A DNA stretch of 64,000 nt. Source: Octopus sinensis. Its lineage: Eukaryota. A program made the translations under genes and the position numbers. This document shows, in pieces, positions 51,831 through 64,000 of the stretch. The notes beneath the pieces were generated by a model. It was given only the letters and a program-made list of their open reading frames with translations, was not told the origin of the DNA and did not search any database. The stretch covers positions 148,366,001 through 148,430,000 of the forward strand of contig NC_042997.1 of NCBI RefSeq assembly GCF_006345805.1. Direction: 5' to 3'. Position 1 is the first letter of the stretch; each line of letters opens with the position of its first letter.

Positions 51831-52544
51831 TTTCTTTTTTTTATTTATTGGTTTAGCATTTCTTTTACCCATTGTTTGGTTATGTCGTCATCGTCTTTTA
51901 TTTCGCAATTCTGAAGCAGTTACATTGCAGGCAGCCCTCACTAGTTCGGTAAATACCTACGATCCCAGGCAACTCCATTGATGTGTGTGTTGCATGTTCT
52001 CTTACACACAAGTTCCTTTCCAATGTATTTGCTATTTGTGCTTAAAACTGCCGTTGCACATAAACGTGATTCGCAATCGCTCGGCGGAGTTTCTGCGTTT
52101 ATGTAGCTTCTCAGGTGATTGGCTATTCCTCTATATTGCAAGGGAGTAAATAGTTTATCAATAATGCTCTCTAGTGAGAGAAATAAAAAAAAATTATGTA
52201 TTTATTCATATGTCAAATTTGATTACTATTTTTATTTCTTTTAATCATAGAATCCTTAACTTCTGCATATAGCTATTTATATCCCTTTGAATCTATTCAC
52301 AATCAAACGGTTAATATTGCGTAGCATTAGATTGAATTCTTATTCAATTTTCAATAGGACTGAATACGGAGAGATGAGTATTTATATTTATGTGCGTATA
52401 CATAATTCATGCATGCATACATACATGCATACATACATACGTACATACATGCATACATACATGCATACATACATACGTACATACATGCATACATACATAC
52501 GTACATACGTATACAGACACATACACATACACACACATATATTC

Positions 52545-52960
52545 TTTATCTCTCTCAGCCTTGAGGCTGCGGCCAAACTAGGGGAACAGCCAGAGTAATT
52601 CCCTTTCAATTGGCTAATTCTATGTAATTGGTTTTTGTTGAAGGAGGGAGTTCGATACCGTTGCCTTGTTTTGAGTTTCCTTCCGTGATATTGGTTCATC
52701 TGGAATCTTGAATAGCAAAAGGTCTAATTGTTTCTTGAAAACATCTACCTCCGCTCCATGGAGAGCCCTAAAATGCTTTGGCAAGATATTAAAGTGATGC
52801 GGGCCTTTGAATCCCAAGCTATTGCAGTATAGGTTTCTAGTTTTAGATGAAACAGCTGGGGCTTTTGGAACAGTGCAGTGAAGTCCACTTCGAGGTCTGG
52901 TATAACTCTCAATTCCAATGTTTGGCGCAAACCCCTCCAGTATATTTCGTTTCTGCATTT
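52545..52960 (-). mobile_element. CR1-like LINE 3' end
   Basis: ORF 52620-52958 ILEGFAPNIGI..NSLGFKGPHHFNILPK..DVFKKQLDLLL.KIPDEP..NSLL.Q; 3' UTR GTTTGGCCGCAGCCTCAAGGCTGA. Confidence 0.85.
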
Positions 52961-53139
52961 GTTTTGTACATATATATATATACTTGCGTGTATGTAACTA
53001 TGTATACATATATACATATGTGTGTGTATATATATATACATACTTTCGTACGTACATATTTACACACACATACATATATAATAAAGAGATAGAAATACAT
53101 GCATGCACACGTATCACACACACACACATGCGCATATTA

Positions 53140-53900
53140 GGAAATTAGCAAAAATAGAAGAATATGCGGGAGAACAAGATTTAACAAAAATTGTATTAGT
53201 TTAATGCTTACAAAATAGAATTTTGACATTTCGAAAGCTACTCCTATATCACAGAAAATAAAAGAATGAGAAAAATTGACGGGGAAAGAAAAACAAATGA
53301 GAACTTGTTCGGGACCATGTGAGAATGCCATTCTATGGAGGTGATTACGAAAGGAGAAGGAGGCTCTGTAATGCGTGCATGTTATTTGTGTATAGCGATG
53401 GGCATACAGGGAGAGTATGCGTGTTGTCAGAGATTTCCAGAGATCTTTGATGATTGTAGGTGCGTGGAATTGTGCAAGCACGTATGTGGATGTGTAGTAG
53501 TGTGTGATAGAGCAGGTGTGGAAGCTTGGTGCTTCGGTGTAACCGAATTGATTTTGGGATGAAGGCATGGGGAGGATAATATGGGGAGGCTGCAAATTGC
53601 TAGGTGAGAAGAACATTGATGAAAATGTACAAATAGAGCGAAAATATATAAAACAGTATAATAATTATACCAGTGAAATGTCTTGAGATTATGTAACAAG
53701 TCACGTGACTGGAGAAAATAATAAATTAACGAATAACAGAAATCCGATGAATTGAGCATAAACAGAAAGGCAGAAGGAGAAACAGAAGGGGAAAGAATTT
53801 GCCGTGAAGAGTTGAAGAAAAATTATTTGTTTATATTTAGTAAAACGTGCATAAAGGACAGAAAATAAATAATGAAAATATATATAAAGTCCGTTATGGT
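53140..53900 (-). mobile_element. Probable Penelope-type terminal/non-coding region with a degenerate hammerhead at 53221-53258
   Basis: Minus TTTT-CTGTGATATA-GGAG(TAG)CTTTC-GAAA-TGTC-AAAA; C/A-rich minus-strand composition similar to 37400-37700. Confidence 0.4.
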
Positions 53901-53994
53901 GGCAATACAATCACAAATTGTATATAACACGTGCTAGATGTAGGCAGCATAAATAAAGATATTAGTGATTGAAAAGAATGATATATATATATAT

Positions 53995-54162
<168 letters not shown>

Positions 54163-54184
54163 GTATATTATATATATATATGAA

Positions 54185-54525
54185 GGCGCATGGCTCAGTG
54201 GTTAGACCATCGAGCTTACGATCGTGAGGTTGTGAGCTCGAATCCCGGACCGGGCTGCGTGTTGTGTTCTTGAGCAAGGTACTCTATTTCACGTTGCTCC
54301 AGTTCACTCAGCTGTAGAAATGAGTTGCGACGTCACTGGTGCCAAGCTGTATCGACCTTTGTCTTTCCCTTGGATAAAACTGGTGGTGTGGAGAGGGGGG
54401 CTGGTATGCATGGGCGACTGCTGGTCTTCCATAAACAAACTTGCCCGGACTTGTGTCTAGGAGGGTAACTTTCTAGGTGCAATCCCATGGTCATTCATGA
54501 CCGAAGGGGGTCTTTACTTTACTTA
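54185..54525 (+). mobile_element. Full-length tRNA-derived SINE (family D)
   Basis: A box TGGCTCAGTGG (54191-54201), B box GCTCGAATCC (54236-54245), core GTTGTGTTCTTGAGCAAG, tail (TTTAC)n. Confidence 0.92.
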
Positions 54526-54884
54526 TATATATATATATATATATGAAACTGCATAATATTTCATCAACCAAATTATTTTAAATAGTCTCCAGTACGCATT
54601 AACTGATCTCTGAAAATCATTTGTAATGCGTATTAATACTGAATATATGAGGGTATTTTTAACATTAAATAACACATCATTTGGAATAGCGACGTCTTCA
54701 GTAGGATGTATTATTAAAACGTTAAAAGAATTATTAGCCTAGCAGCTGCAAACACCTGAGTCTTGTAATTCTACTGAATGTATTAGCTACTTCATATTCA
54801 ACTGAAAGCATAGTAGATATAATCATAATCTGATTCAGGATAAATCGTTGTCTCATATATGAAAAACAAAAAAAATATCATACA

Positions 54885-54963
<79 letters not shown>

Positions 54964-55839
54964 TGCAAGATCTCTAGCAAGAATTAGGAAATATCGAATT
55001 AAAAACACGTGATGTATTTTTAACAGAAATATGTATTATATAATTTTATGCAATGATTAACACCTGCTACAGATTCATTATATTAATATTTATAATTACA
55101 ATAATTAGAATATTTTCCTGAATGCAGAAGAACTTTCGCATCATCGTTGTGCTAATATTTGGTGACCGAACGATTATGTACAAACGCACTTAGATTAGAT
55201 CAGGATGTTTTTTCATTCAGCCCTTTGGAAATTTATTAATTATATAGCAGGAATATGGATTTGATTTTTAGTTGGAATAAAGCCAAATTATGCTGAAGAT
55301 AATAATAGTTTAGATAAGAGTTGTGAAATATCTGAACTTGGTCAGGAAAGAATCGCAAAGTGATAGTATGCCAAAGGAATCTAACTGTAATGTTGAAAGA
55401 AAAATCGATCATATATATTTTATAGGCTCCGTAAAAAATACTTTTACGTAGACGATCACGTGAATTCACTGAAACACTAGAAAACGTGGTTCTCTATATG
55501 CATGTCTTGCTCTTCAAAGAATTTCGGAGTCTTGCTTCCTGTTATGTACCCAATTCCCATAAAATGGATAAGAATGCTTAAGTAAACGTTAACCTTATCA
55601 GCTATGTAAAGAATATCACCCGACCTAAAATACGATCAGATGTTGTTATACATTGCTGGTCAACATTCACTTTGTATCATTTAAGCCTTCGAATGATGCC
55701 ATTCTGTTGGCTATGTGAGTAGGCCAATATTTAAGCATGGAATTTATAACGCACTTTTACGTTTTATAACGTAATTTATAATTAAAAATACATTTAGTAA
55801 AGGTTTTGCCATGCATGTGTCTGTGTTTAAGAAGCTCCT

Positions 55840-56150
55840 TTTGCAGTCACTTGGTTCTGGGTTCAGTACCACAACGCAGGGCCAAAAACAAGTGTCTTCT
55901 AGTAAGCCCTGTGCCAACCAATGTCTTGTGAATTAATTTAGTAAATAAAGAAACAGATAAATAAATGCGTGAGTTTGTTTTTATCATCCCGAAACTCTTG
56001 ACAAACGACGTTGGTTTGTTTACGTTCGTGTAAATTAGTATTTTGGCAAATGACATCGATAAAAATCAAATATTGGTGTCAATTTAGTCATTTAAACTCT
56101 TGAAAGAGATGCCCTATCATGGCCGCACTTCAAACACTGAAGCAAATAAA
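55840..56150 (+). mobile_element. Family A SINE, strongly decayed
   Basis: GGTTCTGGGTTCAGTACCAC..AAGTGTCTTCTA..CTTGACAAACGACGTTGG..CATGGCCGC..ACTGAAGCAAATAAAA. Confidence 0.65.
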
Positions 56151-57989
56151 AAATTATCAGACAGAGAATATTGCTAGATTGTTCCTATCCAAACATTGAT
56201 TCCTTCCTAGCAGAAAATTATTGTTTACCTTCGTTCAGAATTTCGTCACATTTTGTTGTTACTTATCTGTAGCTTTTCATAGGATGACATTTCGTATAAC
56301 ATAATAATATTCCAGTTTCCTCTTTATATCTCTGTGTTCTGTATAAATGTAACTTTTGTCGGCTGTTGTGTAGTGTATTCTAAATGCAGTCAGTCTTACT
56401 AATGTCTTACTAATCCAATTAAACAGCAACAGATAGTAGTATAACTGTAACTTATTACTGAAACAGCTAGATACATATTACTTTCTTTTTAGCATTTCAC
56501 TCAGTTTGAAGTAGTAATTTAATGTGTCTATAATATTTCGGCCTAACCTTTTCTTTCATTCTCATGTTGTAATGTACTAGTTCATTTGTTCTAAGTATTT
56601 ACAAATCTATGTTTGATCTAATTTTCTTATCTCCTTTTCGTTATCTAACACGATATGAGTGGTTTTAATTAATTTTCGTCTCTTCAGATTCACTTGCCCC
56701 ACTTTTCCAAATTGAATTTTATGCCAATTTCCCTGTTGCATCTCTATGAAACGAAGTTTCCAGTTGTTTGTCTTGTCTAACGTACAACTTAAAATCATCA
56801 ATATACCGGAAATGTTTCATTGTCATGTTATAGAACATGTATCAGCAGATAGTCTATTCGTACATGGTAGTTAAATCTGTTAGCGGAAAAGAGAAAGCGT
56901 AGATGAAGAGAGAGAAGGAGAGAGAAAGAGAAAGATAAAAAGAGATCGAGAGAGAGAGAGAGAAGCGTAGGTGAGAGACAAAGAAGTAGAATCCAATTTG
57001 ACTTTTTCTTTTCTAGTATACTTTCCGCTTCTAACAATACATCATTGGCCTTAAAATTCTATTCGTATAGAAATTCAAATTAGGTCACTTGTTTATATTT
57101 AGTCACTTTAACCATTTAATTGTTGGCTTGAACAAGATATAGCAGAGTACCCATGAACTTTGTTCCTGCAACATGGTAGTACCTTAAAACTTTTCTGTTT
57201 AGGTTTCTCATTCTCATTTGAGAGCGGGCAGCAAACATGAAGGATCAATATTAGAAAGTTAACGGTCAAGGGTAGAAGGATTGTTATCATCATGGATAAC
57301 TTCGAGAGCTGGGTATGGAAGAAAGCAAGACATAAAAATATAGAAGTATGTCAGTTGCGCTTCGATATAATTGGAATGAAAAATCTGTACGACAATAAAA
57401 AGTGGATGAAGTTACGTTTAAATAAGCGTGGCAGAGGTAAAAGTGGTTCAGCACGGTTGAAAGTTTGACGTGTGTTATTGAGCGTGTGAATTTTATAACG
57501 TATCCGGATTATATTTAGAGGTATTTGCACGTATAGCAACAACGACTACTAAAACGAGATAGAGCACTCTTGTGGGGTTTTGCTGAAGATATCTAGAGAG
57601 TCACCAAATGAACAGAGTCGAAATTGTATCTAGCATTATAGAGGATAATATGTCTTTGTAATGTTTACAAAATATTGTCAGATCTGGGGCTTATAGTTAT
57701 TTGAGGTATTTTATTTCACTATATAGTCGTACTAGAAGGTGTGAGATAGAAGCTTATCTATTTGACATGAATGATAATTGTGAATTCTTAATTTTCACTT
57801 TGTAGATTATATTCTGACCCATATCAAAATATCGATTTTGACTTTACGTCAAATCTTTTGTCCAAAACATATGTCCAAATTAAGTACGACACAGACTAGC
57901 AATACTAATACAGTGCAATCAATTACATTAAAATGGCTCTTCTACGCAGAGAAACCTCTCTATATAATGTAATACGACATGATATATAT

Positions 57990-58368
<379 letters not shown>

Positions 58369-58461
58369 GGTTAATAGATTGATAGATATACTCTTATTAC
58401 GTAGAAGTTGGAATAGTGTTGAAGATCTCATCGTAACCACAATTTTCCAGGTTCAATACCT

Positions 58462-58692
58462 ATTTCTTTACTACCCACAAGGGGCTAAACACAAAAAGGA
58501 CAAACAAGGGCAGACAAACGGATTAAGTCGATTATATCGACCCCAGTGCGTAACTGGTACTTAATTTATCGACCCCGAAAGGATGAAAGGCAAAGTTGAG
58601 CTCGGCGAAATTTGAACTCAGAATGTCACGGTAGACGAAATACGGCTACGCATTTCGTCCGGCGTGCTAACGTTTCTGCTAGATCGCCGCCT
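58462..58692 (-). mobile_element. Family B tRNA-derived SINE, full length
   Basis: Reverse of GGCGGCGA.CTAGCAGAAACGTTAGCACGCCGG..GAGTTCAAATTTCGCCGAG..GCCCCTTGTGGGTAGTAAAGAAA. Confidence 0.9.
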
Positions 58693-59025
58693 TTTCCGGG
58701 TTTAATACCACTCTATACTAGTTTTGCCAAATGCTTTTACTATAAATGCGGGATGACACAAGCCAAGTAATGAAAATTGTGTAAAATAGAAAACGTGCAA
58801 AAACCGGGAAGATATGTGCTACTTGATATATCTATATAATGACGTGCCACACATTGCTTCACACTATTTCAGATTCAAAGTTATGTTCAGGAGAACCGCA
58901 TGTGTAGAATTCACAGAAACCTCTCCAAGTAGGTGCTTCAGTGTAAAGAATAAGTGAAGACTAAATGTCCAAACCGTTTTAGAACATGTTATAATACACA
59001 AACACACACATACACACATACAGTC

Positions 59026-59106
<81 letters not shown>

Positions 59107-59149
59107 TGTGTGTGTGTTTGTGTGTAGAAAGATCTCAATACATACATAA

Positions 59150-59230
<81 letters not shown>

Positions 59231-60340
59231 ATGTGTGTGTGTAGTTTTAATAAAAAATGCATCATCTACATCATGAATTGAGCTCTCGTATCCCATTCGT
59301 CAGATATTAAAGACGGTACATACACATGTGCGTCTGGGCATTGCGTCTGAGCGTATGCGTCAGAGCGAGTGTGTCTGCGTGTATGTGTGTGTGTTTTCAC
59401 GCGCCTTTGTGCGAGCGTGTGCACGTGTGTTTATGAGAATACGAACTAGTACTACGTTCAATCCCAGACCATAAAGGCAATTCGTTCTCAGGTGGATGTA
59501 TTTCATATATAAAAAGCGCCTATACTGAATCCTGTTCTCACACTTCTCTCCTTCAACATCCATTAAGTTTTCTTTTCTGCGAATTACATGTTCAGGGCCA
59601 AATTGTTGTCTTGCACTTGGAAAATACTTTTCATATCCATGTTTCTGTTGATATATGTGTATGTTATTAATGTTTACGAAGCTGTATACAACCTGCTTGA
59701 TTTTATCAGTATGGTGTATCATACTCTCCCTGGCTATATTTTAATCATTTCTCGCTATCTCTAACTTGTTTTGTACATATACATATTCCCCAAACTATCT
59801 CAAAGGGAAGATGTCAAGGTGGCGAAAAAAACAAACCTATTTAATGATGGGACACAGCAACAGAATTGCTGTTGAGTTTACATAAGTAAATTTATTTTAT
59901 CTTCGAAATGGATGTTACCCTCAGTGATGTGTCCTATTTCGTTATTTCTTTGAATTCCTATTATTTCTACTTAATTATGCCTGCCAGTCTTCGTTTTTCA
60001 ACCCCATAAAACATAATCCCGGTTTATTCCCTTGCTGATGCGCCACAAATCTATTTTATATTCCGATTCATATTGGCATCTATTGTTGTTTTCTAATCTA
60101 TTCTGAATTCCGCTGAGTAGCAACGTATTTTACAATAATATATACGTTGACATTATTTATTCCCTATGGTTATCAAAATATATATATTTTGCATTAGCTA
60201 GATTTGTTTTATTAAAGACCTATCAAAATATGACTGAACTGAGAATGTTCATTCCTTACTCTTCCTTTACTTTATTGAATCATTTCAAGTTTATTCGGTA
60301 TTTGAAAAATGATTAACTTGTCAAGGATAATTTGAAAACG

Positions 60341-60587
60341 AAATTATTAATAAAGTCTATTTACTGAAACATATAAAAGACCAAGTGATTTTCTGTCGTA
60401 TTGGTTCTTCCCTCTAGCACAAAGAAACTACTTGAATATCCTCTTACAAAACTCCAGTAAATATTTTGCTTGGGGGATGAATGTAGCACGATTTACGAAA
60501 TCGTGATAGCAATATATCTTGAAATGGTGTGTCTACCTCCGAAAATATTTTATTCATTTCATAACTTAATCATTTATGAAAGGAATT
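60341..60587 (+). repeat. Left arm of a perfect 247-bp inverted repeat
   Basis: Exact reverse complement of 61709-61955 on base-by-base reading. Confidence 0.95.
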
Positions 60588-61708
60588 TAAAATTATATTA
60601 TTTCCATGATTTCGGTAAAAATGATGAATACGAACAAAATAAATGTTTATGTATTCATGACTATGAGTTCGATTATTCAAGTTGTGATAATGTAAAATAT
60701 GTGTATATATAATGTTTGACTATCTGACTCTGAGACATGTTATATGTGCTTGTATATTCGTCGCGGGGGCACTCACACACACTGTCACACACATCCGCGC
60801 GTACTTGTACATAAACTCATCTACGCGCGGGTACATATACACACGCATTTCTACATGTACTCCAATGTGTGTATATATACGAAACGTGCAAATCTTTATG
60901 CATGTTCGTAGTGGATTGCTTTAGTGCGTTTAAATCTATGTGTGTTGTATAGGATATGGTGTAACATAAGGATTACATTACTATTGGTTTTGAATTTCAT
61001 AGAATTCACATAAACGCATAGATTCACACGCACTGCTTCCATTTTATGTCGTGTATAAAATTTTCCGTACACTTTACAAGGAAGTTCTGTCTTCGATTAA
61101 ATGTTGCTCACAACATTTCTTATACGTGTTGCATACAAATAAGGTAATTACAAACGTAACTGATTATACGATCATTGGAATAAATGCGCATATAAAAGAA
61201 TATGTGTAAAATTAAACACCGAATTTTGTAAGCCTGTAGCCATTAACGCTCCATAAGATTAAGTTAAATATTTATTAAGAGCCAATACTGTTAACTCATA
61301 ATTACATATACAGAGACTGATAATTTATGAACAAATGCAGCACAATTCGTAATACAAACAGACGAATAGTACATTCCACTATTGTGTGTGTGTGTGTGTT
61401 TTTGTGTATAAATGTAACTACACGTGGATTGTTGTCGATTATGCATATACATCTATATAAATATATACACACACATACTTATATGTACATACATACATAC
61501 TTATATGTGAGCATAGGTGAGTATGCATTTGTGTTGAAGTGTATGTAGTAATATGTTTAAACGTAAGGTATTCTCTAAGTGTGGGTATTCTGACGACTCT
61601 ATCGAAAATAATATGAGATCACGTGCATAGTTCGTCATAACACTTATAGTAACGCTTCTTGTTCTTCCTAGTTGTAAGTAAATGAAGGGTTAAGATCGGA
61701 AGCAATAT

Positions 61709-61955
61709 AATTCCTTTCATAAATGATTAAGTTATGAAATGAATAAAATATTTTCGGAGGTAGACACACCATTTCAAGATATATTGCTATCACGATTTCG
61801 TAAATCGTGCTACATTCATCCCCCAAGCAAAATATTTACTGGAGTTTTGTAAGAGGATATTCAAGTAGTTTCTTTGTGCTAGAGGGAAGAACCAATACGA
61901 CAGAAAATCACTTGGTCTTTTATATGTTTCAGTAAATAGACTTTATTAATAATTT
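61709..61955 (-). repeat. Right arm of the perfect 247-bp inverted repeat
   Basis: Exact reverse complement of 60341-60587; spacer 1121 bp; no TSD in the flanks (..GAAAACG | | ACATCTT..). Confidence 0.95.
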
Positions 61956-63256
61956 ACATCTTGGCATTTTGTGAAACAAAATCAGTCCAACATCGATGTT
62001 GGTTTACGAGCTGTCCACCGAGATAATACCGTTGAGGAGAGCAATGGAGACACAAATGGGTGAAGTTTAAAAAACGGGAAAGGTTCATTGGAGATATAGC
62101 ATATAACATCAGTTTCGATCACTGATAAGGTGCGTTAATGAACACACGAATTGTTTCAGGTGTACTTACGAGATACATACTGAGTTTGTTGCACATATGA
62201 TCTAACTGCAGTATCAATGCATTACAAAAGATTGTAGAAAACGTTTGCTACTGTTGGCAGTGCGCAAAGTGCGTACATTGGTAGCTGGCACTCAATTTGA
62301 GGGGGGGGGGATAGTGTCGAAGTCTCTTCTAATGGACGCATTTGAAGTCAATGAAGATACACGTTTCGATATTACGAACTAGTACAGGGTTTGAATATGG
62401 GTGTGTATTTCCTACTAGGAAATGAAGATTCAATGGGTATTTATCACAGGTTATCATTGCTGCAATCGTTCGTATTTAATTGACAGTACTTTGTGTCAAT
62501 GTAAAGCTGTACGCATATTCACTGAAAGAGGGTAGGGCGAAAACTGAAAGAGTTAATGAATCTTTGTCAAGGTAGTAATTAACGAGACTGAAGCAACAAT
62601 GAACAATACAATCACCCCATTCCTGAAAAACATTCGAAAACATACTTGTTTTATTTCCCGGTGAAGAAGTATGACAATTGCAATTGTTTCAATAAATAAG
62701 GAAAGAGAACAATGCATGAAGCGAAGCCAATGGAATATATTATTATTTACCGTTGCTATGGGCACTACAGAATGACCTAGAATCTCCTTATTTGTGAATG
62801 ATTTGGCATGAAATTCTAGGTTGTTACTGTCATAGTAATCTAATCTCATTCGCTCTCTCTCTCTCATACACACACATGTTATATACAGAGTACATACATA
62901 TATACACATATATAAATAGATGTATATGTGTGCGTGCATATGTATGTTCATACATACGCCTACGCATATAAATATATGCGTGTGTGTATACATAAACATG
63001 AGGATATATATACATATACGTGCGTAAATACACACAGACACACACACAGATATATAACCACACATACACACACACACATATATATATACAAACCATTTAT
63101 TACATCTACACTTTTCAGTCGTGAACGTATTTATTAGTTTTCCTAGAAAAGTTTGACCGTGTCTTCATAATTATGTACGTATGCGTATATGTATATATGC
63201 ATGTATGCATGTATGTATGTATGTATGTACATATATATGCATACCTATACATGTGT

Positions 63257-63291
<35 letters not shown>

Positions 63292-63689
63292 GCATACATG
63301 TGTGCATGTGTGCATATCTTCGTGTATTAGTGTGTATGAGTGTTTTGGTGTGTCTGTGTGAAGGTGGGTACTGGAATTAGGAAAGAAAATAAGTGATACT
63401 GAGCGAGGAGTTAGGCAGACTGACAACCGGCAGGCGCACAGTAATTATAAAGAGATGTAGAAACCAGATAAGTAAATCAGAGAATGCTTAAATCCGGTAA
63501 ATTGATGTGGTATATTTTACCATACTTCCAATAAAAGTATAGACATAACAAAATTCGTATTTTGCGTTTGAACCAGAAAGAATTTTGCGTATACAGTTAA
63601 TGGTTAGATGAATTCCTTCAGATACCAAAAACAAGATTATTACTTACTGGACAATTGTATACAAGCACACACATTTATAAAGACGTTCC

Positions 63690-63720
<31 letters not shown>

Positions 63721-64000
63721 GGATACATACATTTACTTAATGTTCACAAATAGAAAAGGTAACGGTTTTCCGATTATTAACGAAAGACCACCAACGTGTA
63801 TTTCTCACTATTCGCAAGACTAAGTTATACATCAGCAACACGAAGAAAGTTTATATGTTGCTCATTAGACAAGCAACAACGGGAAATAATATACAATTGC
63901 TCATAGTCAAATTACATTTGCATGGCGTATCATGTTTGTTCCAAGGAGAAATAAAATGCGAACATCAGATGAAGCATAACAGTCACGCAAAGGCACAAAT

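Noticed and set aside
51941-52141. 66-aa minus ORF in moderately complex sequence
   Set aside because: No motif recognised and splice signals unconvincing; needs a homology search.
54185-54260. tRNA-like sequences with A and B boxes (also at 32494, 47869 and 58692)
   Set aside because: They continue into SINE bodies and lack a complete cloverleaf, so they are SINE heads rather than tRNA genes.
57292-57468. 58-aa basic ORF MDNFESWVWKK...
   Set aside because: No recognisable motif; length is expected by chance.

Overview
This is a 64-kb AT-rich, repeat-dominated eukaryotic intergenic or intronic window. The tRNA-derived SINE families, (TA)n/(CATA)n/(TATC)n microsatellites and LINE types point to a cephalopod, most likely an octopus (inference from recognised repeat families). 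I found no intact host protein-coding gene, tRNA/rRNA gene, CRISPR array or prokaryotic system. Almost all supplied ORFs are microsatellite read-throughs or decayed transposon fragments. Content: about 15 SINE copies or fragments; LINE remnants (RTE x3, CR1-like x2, R4/Dong-like x2); several Penelope-like elements with GIY-YIG remnants and hammerhead-ribozyme (HHR) motifs; an internally deleted mariner; MITEs with long TIRs; and Helentron/HINE-like elements. Best leads: (1) a 100%-identical 247-bp inverted duplication enclosing 1.1 kb (60341-61955); (2) two minimal hammerheads that both carry a U3/A8 compensatory core instead of C3/G8; (3) two R4/Dong-like RLE retroposons each flanked by (TATG)n arrays, suggesting microsatellite targeting; (4) an RTE LINE whose ORF ends in three C2H2 fingers; (5) a 169-bp-arm palindrome with HHR-like motifs at its apex. 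None is proven to be a new system. All coordinates and alignments were done by eye.
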